A DNA stretch of 59,722 nucleotides, the filler included. It is 9 parts of 9 records of this genome, joined end to end, with 100 filler letters (N's around TTAATTAATTAA, not from the genome) between each part and the next. Parts side by side here need not be neighbours in the genome. Positions count along the whole stretch, not along the records: positions 8,482 to 13,732 come from SRR31156797_58614; positions 13,833 to 19,701 come from SRR31156797_58616; 7 more parts are not named here. The stretch is one strand, 5' to 3'. A program made the position numbers and the translations under genes. This document shows positions 8,482 through 18,312 of this stretch, one piece after another (position 1 is the first letter of the stretch; every line of letters starts with the position of its first letter). The notes under the pieces were generated by a model. It had not been told where the DNA came from and searched no databases. It saw only the letters and a program-made list of their open reading frames with translations.

Positions 8482-10705
8482 TCACCATCTGCAGGGCGCT
8501 GCCGACCAGATCGACATCGACACCAAACTTGGCCGCCTGCGCCCGATTGACGCCCAATTCCCAGTCGATGCCGGGAAGCGGACGGCTGTCTTCGATGTTG
8601 AAAAGACCGTCGAACTGCTGCAGGCCGGCCAATATCTGTTCGACCGCAATCGGCAACTTTGCGGGATCCCGCGATGTCAGTTCCAGATGGATCGGTTTGC
8701 CGACCGGCGGTCCTTCTTCCTGCTTCCGCCGGTCAACGATAATTCCGGCAAGACCGGCCGTGCTTTCGCCGATTTCATCCAGGATCTCGTCGGCGGGCCG
8801 TCTTTTGTCCCAATCGACGAATTCAAGCGAAACGACACCGACTATGTCTTCGGCTTCCCGGGAATTGCTTTCTTTGCCGGTACGGGCGTAAACGGAATCG
8901 AACTCGCCGTTATCCGGTATCCGGCTTTCGACTTCGCGGACCAGGGTATCCATTTCGTGGACCGAAAGGTTGCCGCGCGCGCGAATCTGAAGCTGGGCGT
9001 TTTTCGGCTCGACTTCAGGGAAAAATTCAACGCCTTTGCCGTAATTTCCGTAAACCCAAAACATCGCAACCAACAGGAAAATCGCCGACAACAGAATTTT
9101 TCCAGGATGATTGAGCGCGCGCTTGAGCATCCGGATATAGAACCCCGTGAGGCCACCCAGGTTCAGCAAGTCGGAAAGATCGCTTGTTGGCGACAACGCC
9201 CGCATGGTTGTCGAGTCGGCATCTCCGGGCCGGCCGAAATAACTGCCGAGCGTCGGTACGAAAATCAACGCCATGACCAGTGCCGCAGTCAGAACGGTCA
9301 GCACTGTAATCGGCAGGAACTTCATGAATTCGCCGACGACACCGGTCCAGAACAACAGCGGAAAAAAGGCCGCCAAGGTCGTACCGGTGGACGCGATGAT
9401 CGGCCAGGCCATGCGTTTCGCCGCCATCGAGTAGGAGGTTTTGCTGTCCTCGCCTTCCAGCATTTTTCGATCGGCGTATTCGGTGACGACGACCGACGCA
9501 TCGACCAACAGTCCGACCGATAGGATCAACCCGAACAAAACGACCAGATTGACCGTAAGATCGGCAGCGCTGAGAACGAGAATTGCGGCCAGAAACGAAC
9601 CCGGCACGGCGATTCCGACCAAAGCCGAGGATCGAAGCCCAAGCGCCGCCAACACCACGACCATGACCAACAGAACGGCAATAATGACGCTGTTCTGAAG
9701 ATCCTTCAGCATATCGCGGATATCGACCGACTTGTCCTGGGCGAACGAAACCTCAACGCTTTGACGCAGGGATTCCGGCCAGGAATTCTGCTCCTCGGCA
9801 ACGACGCGGCGAACGGCTTCGATCGTCTCGATGATGTTCTCACCGGTGCGTTTCGAAACCTCGAGGGTCACCGCCGGTTTGCCGTCGACACGGGCAAAGC
9901 TGTCGGGATCCTTGAAGGTGCGGCGGATGTCGGCGATATCGCCCAACCGGACAACAGCATCGCCGTCAACCTTGACCGGAACGCTGATGATATCGGTAAC
10001 CGATTCGAACAAACCCGGCACCTTGACCGAGAACCGACCCTTGCCCGTATCCTGGGCACCGGCCGCCACCAACAGATTGCTGTTGTTCATGACGGCGGTC
10101 GTTTCCCGGATGGTCAGCCCATAACTTTCGACCTTGACGGGATCGATCAGGATTTCGACAAGCTCATCCCGGTCACCGACGATTTTTGCTTCGAGAACCG
10201 TGTTTATGCCTTCAATGGAATCCTGAAGGTTATTGGCCAGCCGCACCAGCGAACGTTCGGGAACGTCGCCCGACAGGATGACCAGAATGACCGGAAACAG
10301 GCTGAAGTTGACCTCGTGAATGGTCGGCTCGTCCGAATCGTCCGGCAAATCCGGCTTCGCCAGATCGACCTTTTCACGAACGTCGTCCAGGGCCGTGTCG
10401 GCGTCGAAACCCGCTTCGAATTCCAATACGATACTTGCGCTGCCCTCGCTGCCGGTCGAGCGCATCTCCTTGATACCCTCGATGGTACGCAGTTCCTGCT
10501 CCATCGGTTTGATCAGAAGGCGCTCGGCATCCTCCGGCGAAATCCCTTCATGCGGAATGACGACGTAGATGATAGGGATGTTGATGTCCGGATCCGATTC
10601 CTTGGGAATGCTGTAATAGGCCCACGATCCAGCCCCCAGAATAACCACCAGGGTAAGCAGGATCATGCGCGACCGGTCGATCGCGAAATCGATAATGCCG
10701 TTCAT
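8482..10705 (-). CDS. RND efflux permease (AcrB/AcrD/AcrF family), C-terminus truncated
   Basis: PKESDPDINIP, GISPEDAERL, SVGLLVDASVVVTE, AFFPLLFWTGVVGEFMKFLP; the ORF runs into the spacer. Confidence 0.95.
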
Positions 10706-11778
10706 GATTCGCTCGCAAGTCCTTCGGAAACCGGGTTGACGCGTTGGCCTTCACGAACGAATTCCTGCCCGACGGTGATCAGGTTCAACTCATTCGGCAG
10801 GTTCCCCAACCAAACGCCGTCCGGCGTGTCGGCAACCAGGCTGGCCGGAAAAAATTCGACGACATTGTCGCGATTGACGGCTTTGACACCGACGATGCCC
10901 TCTTTCGAAAGGGTCAGCACGGCCGGCGAAAGGCGATGCGCCTTGACCGTTCCCAACGGCAAGCGAAGCTCTGTCGTCAATCCTTCGGCAATGGTGCCGT
11001 TTGGATTGTCCACCTCCACCTCGACCCGAAATGTGCGGGTGGCGTCGGTGCCGACTTTCGAAACGTAGCGGACGGTACCACCGACTTCTTCGCCGGTAAT
11101 CAGACGTACGACGGCGAGCGCGCCCAGTTTGATTTCCGCAACATTCCGTTCCGCGACTTCACCGACCACCAGGATCGGATCCAGATCGACAATTTTTGCA
11201 ACAGCGCTTCCCGTATTGACGACATAGCCGATTTCGGCCGGAAGCTTGTCAACAATGCCGGAAAACGGCGCGCGGATCGTGCATCGTTGAATATCAAGCT
11301 TGATGGCTTCGAGAGCCGCCTTCGCCGATTCCAATTCGGCCTTGTTCTGGGCCAGGGTGACAGCCGACCTGAACTGTTTTTTCGACAGTTTCTGGGCTGC
11401 GTCATAGGCAATCCGATACTGTTCGACGCTTGCCTTTGCTTGGGCAAGCCTGGCATTTCGGTCATCAATTGCGATGCGGACCAACACATCGCCTTTATTT
11501 ACCCGATCACCTTTTTTAACCAACCGGGCAACCACGCGGCCGGAGGTTTCGGCCATGACGTCGACGGTCCTTTCGGCCTCGGTACGACCGAAAAGGAAGA
11601 CTTCGTTTTGGTGGTCCTCGGCGATCAGCGTTCGCACGCGAACGCTCGGCAAAGTCTCGTCGGCCATCGCTTCCGGTCCGATACCGTCGGCAACTCGCGT
11701 CTGGCCGATCTGACCGGACAGAATCCAGCCTGTAACAACGACCGCAACTCCGGTGGCGATCAAATATGATCGTTTCAT
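10702..11778 (-). CDS. RND periplasmic adaptor (membrane fusion protein)
   Basis: AETSGRV..KGDRVNKGDVL, IRAPFSG, ATRTFRVE and ITVGQ motifs; ATGA overlap with the permease. Confidence 0.95.
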   Translation of the reverse strand: MKRSYLIATGVAVVVTGWILSGQIGQTRVADGIGPEAMADETLPSVRVRTLIAEDHQNEVFLFGRTEAERTVDVMAETSGRVVARLVKKGDRVNKGDVLVRIAIDDRNARLAQAKASVEQYRIAYDAAQKLSKKQFRSAVTLAQNKAELESAKAALEAIKLDIQRCTIRAPFSGIVDKLPAEIGYVVNTGSAVAKIVDLDPILVVGEVAERNVAEIKLGALAVVRLITGEEVGGTVRYVSKVGTDATRTFRVEVEVDNPNGTIAEGLTTELRLPLGTVKAHRLSPAVLTLSKEGIVGVKAVNRDNVVEFFPASLVADTPDGVWLGNLPNELNLITVGQEFVREGQRVNPVSEGLASES

Positions 11779-12341
11779 AGCTCAACTCCTGCACGTTCCC
11801 TTGAGGCCGTACCGGATTCTTGCCGCCGGTTGTCGTCCAATAAGTGGCGATTATTTTCCATAAACTCGACAATGGCCGAATAGACTGTCAGGCCAAAATC
11901 ATGAACTAATTTCTTACCTCCGGGGGCGCCTTCGCATACGTCTCTTTCGCTCATGGCAGCAACCGCTTGGCGATAGTGGTTCAGATATCCGTCAAACACT
12001 TCTTTCGATTTCCCGGCCTCCAGAAACTCGCTGAAAAACAACATGAACAAACAATCAGACCGTATCCAATCGTTGGACGGTTGTTGCCGCAAAGCCTCCC
12101 GGAACGCGGAAATCCCCTTCTCGGTAATTCGATAGACCTTCTTGCCGGGTCGCTTTTCCTGAACAAAGGCTTGGCAGGTCACGAGTTCATCCCGATCCAA
12201 TTGGTTCAAGGCCGGATAGATCGACCCGAAACCGGCCCTGTAAAAATGAGCCATCGGACCTTGCTCGAACTGTTTCTTGATCTCATAACCGCTGGCTTCC
12301 CCACGCGTCAGGACACCCAGACAAAGAGTTTTCACATCCAT
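11775..12341 (-). CDS. PadR-family transcriptional regulator
   Basis: MDVKTLCLGVL..GEASGYEIKK..GSIYPAL..KKVYRITEKG. The ORF-track extension to 12650 is judged spurious. Confidence 0.92.
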   Translation of the reverse strand: MDVKTLCLGVLTRGEASGYEIKKQFEQGPMAHFYRAGFGSIYPALNQLDRDELVTCQAFVQEKRPGKKVYRITEKGISAFREALRQQPSNDWIRSDCLFMLFFSEFLEAGKSKEVFDGYLNHYRQAVAAMSERDVCEGAPGGKKLVHDFGLTVYSAIVEFMENNRHLLDDNRRQESGTASRERAGVEL

Positions 12342-12382
12342 AACTGCCGGCCTTTTCTTCGCATAGCGGCGGGACCGATTTT

Positions 12383-12446
12383 TATATCGGACCGATATAT
12401 ACCGATATGGAATATATAGGCCAGGAATATATCGAGGCAATATATA
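12383..12446. promoter_or_regulatory. Putative PadR operator array
   Basis: Perfect palindrome TATATCGG-A-CCGATATA (12383-12399) plus several ATATAT half-sites (12395, 12412, 12427, 12440) in an otherwise GC-rich contig, upstream of padR. Confidence 0.55.
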
Positions 12447-12633
12447 AAGTTCAGAAACCCCTCTTGCCAACCGTATACACCCGGTCGGTGACGAGTCCGT
12501 GTGAAGCAGTTCACATTTGCTTGAAGACGTTGTAATCGGCGGAACAAAGACAGACCGGGATTTCGGCTTTGCGACCCTGGGTACGGTTGACGCTAGATCG
12601 CAAAAACTCAACGACTTGCCAACGGCAACACAA

Positions 12634-13317
12634 TCAGTCGATGGCTTCAACGATCAATTGCAGTTGTTCCGAATCGAGAATTGTTACCGATCCGCGACGG
12701 AGCTTGATCAGACCATCCTCTTCCCAGGCACGCAATTGTTTGTTTACCGCCTCGCGCGACGTTCCCATCATGGCGCCGAGGACCCTCTGCGATAGATTGA
12801 GCGAGATACGCACTCCCTCCCCTTCGGCTTCGCCATGCGCCTTGGCCAGATCGAGCAACCGTTTTGCCAGACGTGTCCGCAGATCGAGGAAACTGAAGTC
12901 CTCGAGCTGTTCGCTGGTCTGGCGCAAGCGCGTGCACATGACCTTCAGAAGCGTGATACAGAGTTCCGGATTGCGCTCCAGGAAGGGAACGAAATCCCGG
13001 CGCTCCAGGATGATCAGTTCGGTTTCTTCCATGGCAACCGCATCCGCCGTGCGTTCGCCGCCGTCGATCAGGGCAATTTCCCCGAACACTTCTCCCGGAT
13101 TGATGACGTTCAGTACGACCTCGCGGCCATCCGACGAATAGGAACTGATGCGAACGCGCCCCATGGCCACGGCCATCATGCCGCTGGCCGGATCGCCCTT
13201 CAAGAAGACCGGTTCCTTGGCTTTGAACCGGCGGGTCTTTGCGAACCGCGCCAGCCTTTCCATGTCTTCCGGTTTAAGATGCTTGAGCAGGAAGTGCTCT
13301 GCCAAGAGTTTATGCAT
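12634..13317 (-). CDS. Crp/Fnr-family regulator
   Basis: cNMP-binding domain (FGEIAL..ERTADA) plus HTH (LSQRVLGAMMGTSREAVNK); no Fnr Cys cluster. Confidence 0.93.
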   Translation of the reverse strand: MHKLLAEHFLLKHLKPEDMERLARFAKTRRFKAKEPVFLKGDPASGMMAVAMGRVRISSYSSDGREVVLNVINPGEVFGEIALIDGGERTADAVAMEETELIILERRDFVPFLERNPELCITLLKVMCTRLRQTSEQLEDFSFLDLRTRLAKRLLDLAKAHGEAEGEGVRISLNLSQRVLGAMMGTSREAVNKQLRAWEEDGLIKLRRGSVTILDSEQLQLIVEAID

Positions 13318-13568
13318 GGCGTTTCGTCGATCCCCTTCCCCGCCGCGGTACCGATTCGGGCCGCCAGCAATAGTCCCCTTGCCAACTGAATAGCACAGCC
13401 GGGGCGTTCGTCACCACCAAAGCGTTGATTGCGGCCAATTCGCCTTTTTTTGCGGTTGCTTCCAAGCCCGGTTATCCGCATCATGCCGCCATTGGCCGTT
13501 CGGCCAAGTCCGGGGAACCTTTTTTTCGACCGCGTGCGGAATCGAACCACTTCGCACCGACGGGATAA

Positions 13569-13584
13569 TATTGGTCTAACAAGA
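13569..13584. promoter_or_regulatory. Putative FadR/GntR-family (UxuR/ExuR-like) operator
   Basis: TTGGTCTAACAA (13571-13582) resembles the TTGGT-N2-ACCAA core and lies about 20 bp upstream of kduI. Confidence 0.45.
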
Positions 13585-13602
13585 ATCGAAAGGTAAGGAT
13601 CG

Positions 13603-13732
13603 ATGGACGTTCGCCAGGGCATTCACAGTGACCACGCCAAAACTCTCACGACATCTGAACTTCGCGAGCAATTCCTAATCGACAGCATTTTCGTACCCGG
13701 CAAGGTCACCATGACCTACAGCCATATCGACC
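13603..13732 (+). CDS. kduI: 5-dehydro-4-deoxy-D-glucuronate isomerase, N-terminal fragment
   Basis: [26 protein letters not shown]...MTYSHID matches the KduI N-terminus. Confidence 0.9.
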
Positions 13733-13832
13733 NNNNNNNNNNNNNNNNNNNNNNNNNNNNNNNNNNNNNNNNNNNNTTAATTAATTAANNNNNNNNNNNN
13801 NNNNNNNNNNNNNNNNNNNNNNNNNNNNNNNN
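13733..13832. other. Artificial contig spacer
   Basis: N44-TTAATTAATTAA-N44. Confidence 0.99.
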
Positions 13833-13834
13833 CC

Positions 13835-13999
<165 letters not shown>

Positions 14000-14027
14000 C
14001 GGATGGGGACGGGGAATAAAAAAGACC

Positions 14028-15545
14028 ATGAAAGATCCGCTCGATATCTTGATTGTGGAAGACAGCCCCACGCAGGCCGTACAACTTAAATATATCCTTG
14101 ACGCCCAGGGGTATTCGTCCGTAGTGGCCGTCAATGGCAGGGAGGGGGTTACCGCTGTGCGCCAACGGCACCCGTGCCTCATCATCAGCGATATCGTAAT
14201 GCCGGAGATGGACGGATGTGAGATGACCCGTGCCATCAAAGAGGAGCCATTGCTTGGGAAGATCCCCATCATGCTCGTTTCATCGCTCTCCAATCCTGAA
14301 GATGTGGTGCGGGCCATCAACGCCGGGGCCGACTACTATATGATCAAGCCGTATGATGAACCCTTTTTCCTTTCATCGGTGAAGGCCATTCTTGAAGCGC
14401 CTCATAGAGAGCAAGCACCGGAGACGCCAAAAGAGCTGGAGATTATCATTGATGGAAAGATGTATACGGTAAGATCCCGCCATGAACAGATTCTGACCCT
14501 CTTTTTCTCCATCTATCAGAACGCCCTGGAACAGAACCGACAGCTCAGGAAAACCCAGGCCGAACTTCAGGGATTGAACGACCGGTTGGAGAGTCTGGTC
14601 AGAGAGAAAACCGAAGAACTTACCTCCAGCTTTGTGGGTTCCACCCAGGCCATCAGTGAACTGCTGGAAAGCCGTGATCCTTATACGGCAGGTCACGCCA
14701 GGGGGGTTACCGAACTGGCGGTTGGCATTGCCGAAAGAATGGGGATGTCCGGGGAGGAAATTGAAGGCCTCAGAGTTTGCGGCATGCTGCACGATCTGGG
14801 AAAGGTGGTTATTTCCTCGGGTATTCTGAGCAAGCCGGGGAAGCTGTCAGACAATGAGTTCGGCATCATCCGCCAGCACCCTGAAACGGCCTTTCAGGCG
14901 CTTCATCGCATCCCTTTTCCTTGGCCCGTGGCAGAGGTTGTATCGCAGCACCACGAACGCCTGGATGGAAAAGGGTATCCCCACGGGCTTAAGGGTGAGG
15001 AGATTCACCCCTGGGCGCGAATACTGGCGGTGGCCGATGTGGTGGACGCCATGATTACCCACCGGCCTTACCGGCCCGCCCTTCCGAAGGAGATTGTCAT
15101 TGAAGAATTGAACCGGGGAAAGGGCAATATCTATGATTCGCAGGTGGTGGATGAGTGTAAAGCCGTCATGCAGAGGGATTTCAACCGCGTCTTGGTGGTG
15201 GACGATGAATCGACGCTGGTGGATGTCATGATGAGGTTCCTTAAGAATATGGACCTGGAATGCGAAGGGTACGAAGATCCGTATGAGGCTCTGGAGACGT
15301 TCAGGAAAAAACCTTTTTCCCTGCTGATTACAGATATCCATATGCCCGGCATGAGTGGTCTGGAATTGTTACAAAAGGTTCACGAGATCGACCCTGCCTG
15401 CAGGGCCATTATGGTTACGGGCTTTGGAGAGAAGGAATACGTTCTGGAAGCCATGCGCCTGGGTGCGTCGGACTTTCTGGAAAAACCGCTTGAAATAGGG
15501 AGTTTCAGGTCGGCGGTGAAGCGGCTTTTGAAGATATTTTCTTAG
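14028..15545 (+). CDS. REC-HD-GYP-REC c-di-GMP phosphodiesterase
   Basis: N-terminal REC (VEDS..SDIVMP), then RDPYTAGH, HDLGK and HHERLDGKGYP, then a C-terminal REC (VVDDE..TDIHMP..EKP). Confidence 0.93.
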   Translation: MKDPLDILIVEDSPTQAVQLKYILDAQGYSSVVAVNGREGVTAVRQRHPCLIISDIVMPEMDGCEMTRAIKEEPLLGKIPIMLVSSLSNPEDVVRAINAGADYYMIKPYDEPFFLSSVKAILEAPHREQAPETPKELEIIIDGKMYTVRSRHEQILTLFFSIYQNALEQNRQLRKTQAELQGLNDRLESLVREKTEELTSSFVGSTQAISELLESRDPYTAGHARGVTELAVGIAERMGMSGEEIEGLRVCGMLHDLGKVVISSGILSKPGKLSDNEFGIIRQHPETAFQALHRIPFPWPVAEVVSQHHERLDGKGYPHGLKGEEIHPWARILAVADVVDAMITHRPYRPALPKEIVIEELNRGKGNIYDSQVVDECKAVMQRDFNRVLVVDDESTLVDVMMRFLKNMDLECEGYEDPYEALETFRKKPFSLLITDIHMPGMSGLELLQKVHEIDPACRAIMVTGFGEKEYVLEAMRLGASDFLEKPLEIGSFRSAVKRLLKIFS

Positions 15546-15641
15546 ATTTACACGGTCTGTTTTTTTTGATTTAATGGTACGTGGGAAAAGGTCATTTTAC
15601 GCTGGGAAAGCGTTGTTTCCAATTGGGAAAGATGAGGATAC

Positions 15642-15926
15642 ATGGAAGATAAAGTGTTTCTGAAATTGTTCGTGGCGGGTAAAACGGCCAGGTCCAGAAA
15701 GGCCATCGACGGTATAAAGGCGGCTTTCCATGCGTACCTTGGGGATAAAGGGCGTCTGGAGGTCATTGATGTCCTGGAGGAACCGCACCGGGCTGCCGAG
15801 GAAAATGTGTTGGCAACGCCCACCCTGATCCGCTTGCTGCCAGTGCCGGTGCGCCGTTTGATCGGCGATTTTTCCGATGGAAAAAAAGCCTTTGATCTTC
15901 TGGGTCTGAGAGAGGGGAAACCATGA
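15642..15926 (+). CDS. kaiB: KaiB-family protein
   Basis: LKLFVAG.T.RS..A, LEVIDVLEEP..A.EENVLATPTLIRLLPVPVRRLIGDFSD; SD GAGGA. Confidence 0.9.
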   Translation: MEDKVFLKLFVAGKTARSRKAIDGIKAAFHAYLGDKGRLEVIDVLEEPHRAAEENVLATPTLIRLLPVPVRRLIGDFSDGKKAFDLLGLREGKP

Positions 15927-18289
15927 ACAGCGCGAAAGCCATATTGCAGCCCATGACCGGGAGACGTCAAAAAATCCTGGTGATCGATGACGACCCCGTG
16001 ATCTGCAAGTTCATGGAACGGATCATTTCCCCTGAAGGGTATGAGGTGCGGTGCGTTCAGGATGGCCTTTCCGCCCTGGATGTGCTGCATTATTACAAAC
16101 CCCATTTCATTTTTCTGGACATTGTTCTGCCGGATATGGACGGCAGAACCCTTTATCGGATGATTCGAGAAAAGAATGAACTGAAGTCCATTTATATCGC
16201 CGTATTTTCAGGTATTCTTCTGGAAGAAAACGCCGGCCTTCGGCAACTGAACGCGGATGCACTGGTGGCCAAAGGCCCCATGTCTCAGATGGACCATAGT
16301 ATTCGGCAGGTCCTTAAGGATCCGGAAGGTGTCCGAAAACGATGCCGTTCGGGGGAAATTGTCGGGACCGAAAACATCTCCCCCAGAAAAATGACCGCTG
16401 AACTCTTGTCTAGTAACCGGCATTTCAACCTGCTTCTGGAGAACATGGGCCAGGGTATTCTTGAACTCAACCCCGACGGTCGAATTCTGTTTGTCAATAA
16501 GGCGGCGGCTTCATTTTTCAGGAAAACGGATGTGGAATTACTGGCCGCGCCGTTTATTTCCCTCATTGATGAAAATGACCGACCTCGTGTTAATGAGCTC
16601 ATAAAGCATCAAAATTCTGAAATATTTTCTATTCCCCATAGTGCCCCCATGTCCCTGCACGGCCGGCTTTTTTCCATGGAAATGCTTCCATATACCTCCA
16701 ACAGGGGCCATATGACCCTGATCATGACCGATGTTACCCGGATCAGCCATGAATCCGCTTCCCTAAAGACCGTAGAAAAACGCCTTTGGCGGATCATCAA
16801 TCATTTCAGTGACGCTCTGATTCTGGTGGATGCCGAAGGGGTTGTTCTGTTGGTTAATCCTGCCGCCGAAAAACTCTTTGGCCGGAATTCGGATGACTTC
16901 ATGGGGTCACTTTTCGGTTTTCCCCTGGTGGTCGGTGAAACTTCGGAGCTGGGTATCCTCAAAAGTGACGGCACCCTGAAGGTGGGAGAGATGCGGAGTG
17001 TTGTAATCCATTGGGAGGGGAAAAAGGCGTTTCTCGCCGCCATTCGGGATATTACCGCACGAAAAGAGATGGAAGAGGACCTGAAAAGCGCCAATGAAAA
17101 GATTCTGGAGCAACAGGAAAAGCTTATTGAGGAGGAACGCTTGAAAGTCATGCTTCAGATGTCCGGTGCCACCGCTCACGAGCTGAACCAACCCCTCACG
17201 GTTCTGCTGGGGAACATTGATTTAATGCGGGCCGCCCGGGATGATCCCGAAGAAGTGGCCCTTTGCATGGACGAAATCGATCGAGCGGGGCGACGGATTG
17301 CGGATACCATCAAAAAGATTCAAAACATCCGCCATTACGAAACCAAACCCTATGGATCCGGCGGCAGGATTGTGAACATTGAACAGGAACTGCATGTTCT
17401 TTCCATTGAAGGTTCCCATGAGGATTATGATCAAATTCAATCGGTTCTGAACAGCATCGACGGTATCCGGGTGAGCCGCGCTGAAACCCTGAAAGAGGGG
17501 CTGCGCCTCGTGGACGAAATATCGCCGGATCTGTTGCTGCTGGACTATCTGCTCCCCGGTGGCGACGGGTTTGATGTTATAAGGGCTTTAAAAACGAACA
17601 GTAAGGAGATTCCCCTGGTGATATTGACCGGGCAAGGGGATGAAATGGTTGCTTCCCGCCTGATTCAGGAGGGAGCCGATGATTACTTGACCAAATCCCG
17701 TTTTGACCGGGAAAGCATCGCCGCATGCTTTCGGAATGTCATGGAGAAGGGAAAGCTCAAAAGAGAGATCCGTATGGCCCATCGGAAGATTTCGGAGATG
17801 GCCACTCTGGATGAACTGACCGGCCTTTACAATCGTCGGTACTTCATGGAAGCTTTGGAGCGGGAGCGGGCGCGGGCCCAACGGCATGGAAAAGCACTTT
17901 CCCTTTCCATGATGGATCTGGATCGGTTCAAAGGCGTAAATGACACCCTGGGTCACAGGGCGGGGGACGCGGTTCTGGCGGATACGGGGAGGCTTATCAG
18001 GGAATGGTCCCGACAGTCCGATCTCCCCTGTCGATACGGGGGGGAGGAATTTGCGGTGATCCTTCCGGAAACCGATCTCGAAGGGGGAATGGTTGCCTGT
18101 GAAAGACTGCGCCGGATGGTGGCGGAAAACCGGGTCCAGTGGCGGACCGGTCCCATCGGGATGACCATCAGTATCGGCGTTACACAGAGCGGAACCGGAG
18201 ATTCCATCCGAAAGCTGATCGATCGGGCGGATGAAGCACTGTATCGCGCCAAAGAATCGGGCCGAAATCGGGTGATGGCCGGAGCGTAA
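15923..18289 (+). CDS. REC-PAS-PAS-HisKA-REC-GGDEF diguanylate cyclase (no HATPase domain)
   Basis: REC (IDDD..LDIVLP), two PAS domains (NKAA; NPAA..RDIT), H-box AHELNQPL, REC (LLDYLLP..LTG..K), DELTGLYNRR, I-site RQSD and GGEEF. Confidence 0.92.
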   Translation: MNSAKAILQPMTGRRQKILVIDDDPVICKFMERIISPEGYEVRCVQDGLSALDVLHYYKPHFIFLDIVLPDMDGRTLYRMIREKNELKSIYIAVFSGILLEENAGLRQLNADALVAKGPMSQMDHSIRQVLKDPEGVRKRCRSGEIVGTENISPRKMTAELLSSNRHFNLLLENMGQGILELNPDGRILFVNKAAASFFRKTDVELLAAPFISLIDENDRPRVNELIKHQNSEIFSIPHSAPMSLHGRLFSMEMLPYTSNRGHMTLIMTDVTRISHESASLKTVEKRLWRIINHFSDALILVDAEGVVLLVNPAAEKLFGRNSDDFMGSLFGFPLVVGETSELGILKSDGTLKVGEMRSVVIHWEGKKAFLAAIRDITARKEMEEDLKSANEKILEQQEKLIEEERLKVMLQMSGATAHELNQPLTVLLGNIDLMRAARDDPEEVALCMDEIDRAGRRIADTIKKIQNIRHYETKPYGSGGRIVNIEQELHVLSIEGSHEDYDQIQSVLNSIDGIRVSRAETLKEGLRLVDEISPDLLLLDYLLPGGDGFDVIRALKTNSKEIPLVILTGQGDEMVASRLIQEGADDYLTKSRFDRESIAACFRNVMEKGKLKREIRMAHRKISEMATLDELTGLYNRRYFMEALERERARAQRHGKALSLSMMDLDRFKGVNDTLGHRAGDAVLADTGRLIREWSRQSDLPCRYGGEEFAVILPETDLEGGMVACERLRRMVAENRVQWRTGPIGMTISIGVTQSGTGDSIRKLIDRADEALYRAKESGRNRVMAGA

Positions 18290-18312
18290 AATGTTCTCCC
18301 CGGAAAACATCC

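Noticed and set aside
12342-12650. 102-aa N-terminal extension of PadR
   Set aside because: It runs through the AT-rich operator region. The family N-terminus begins at MDVKTLCLG.
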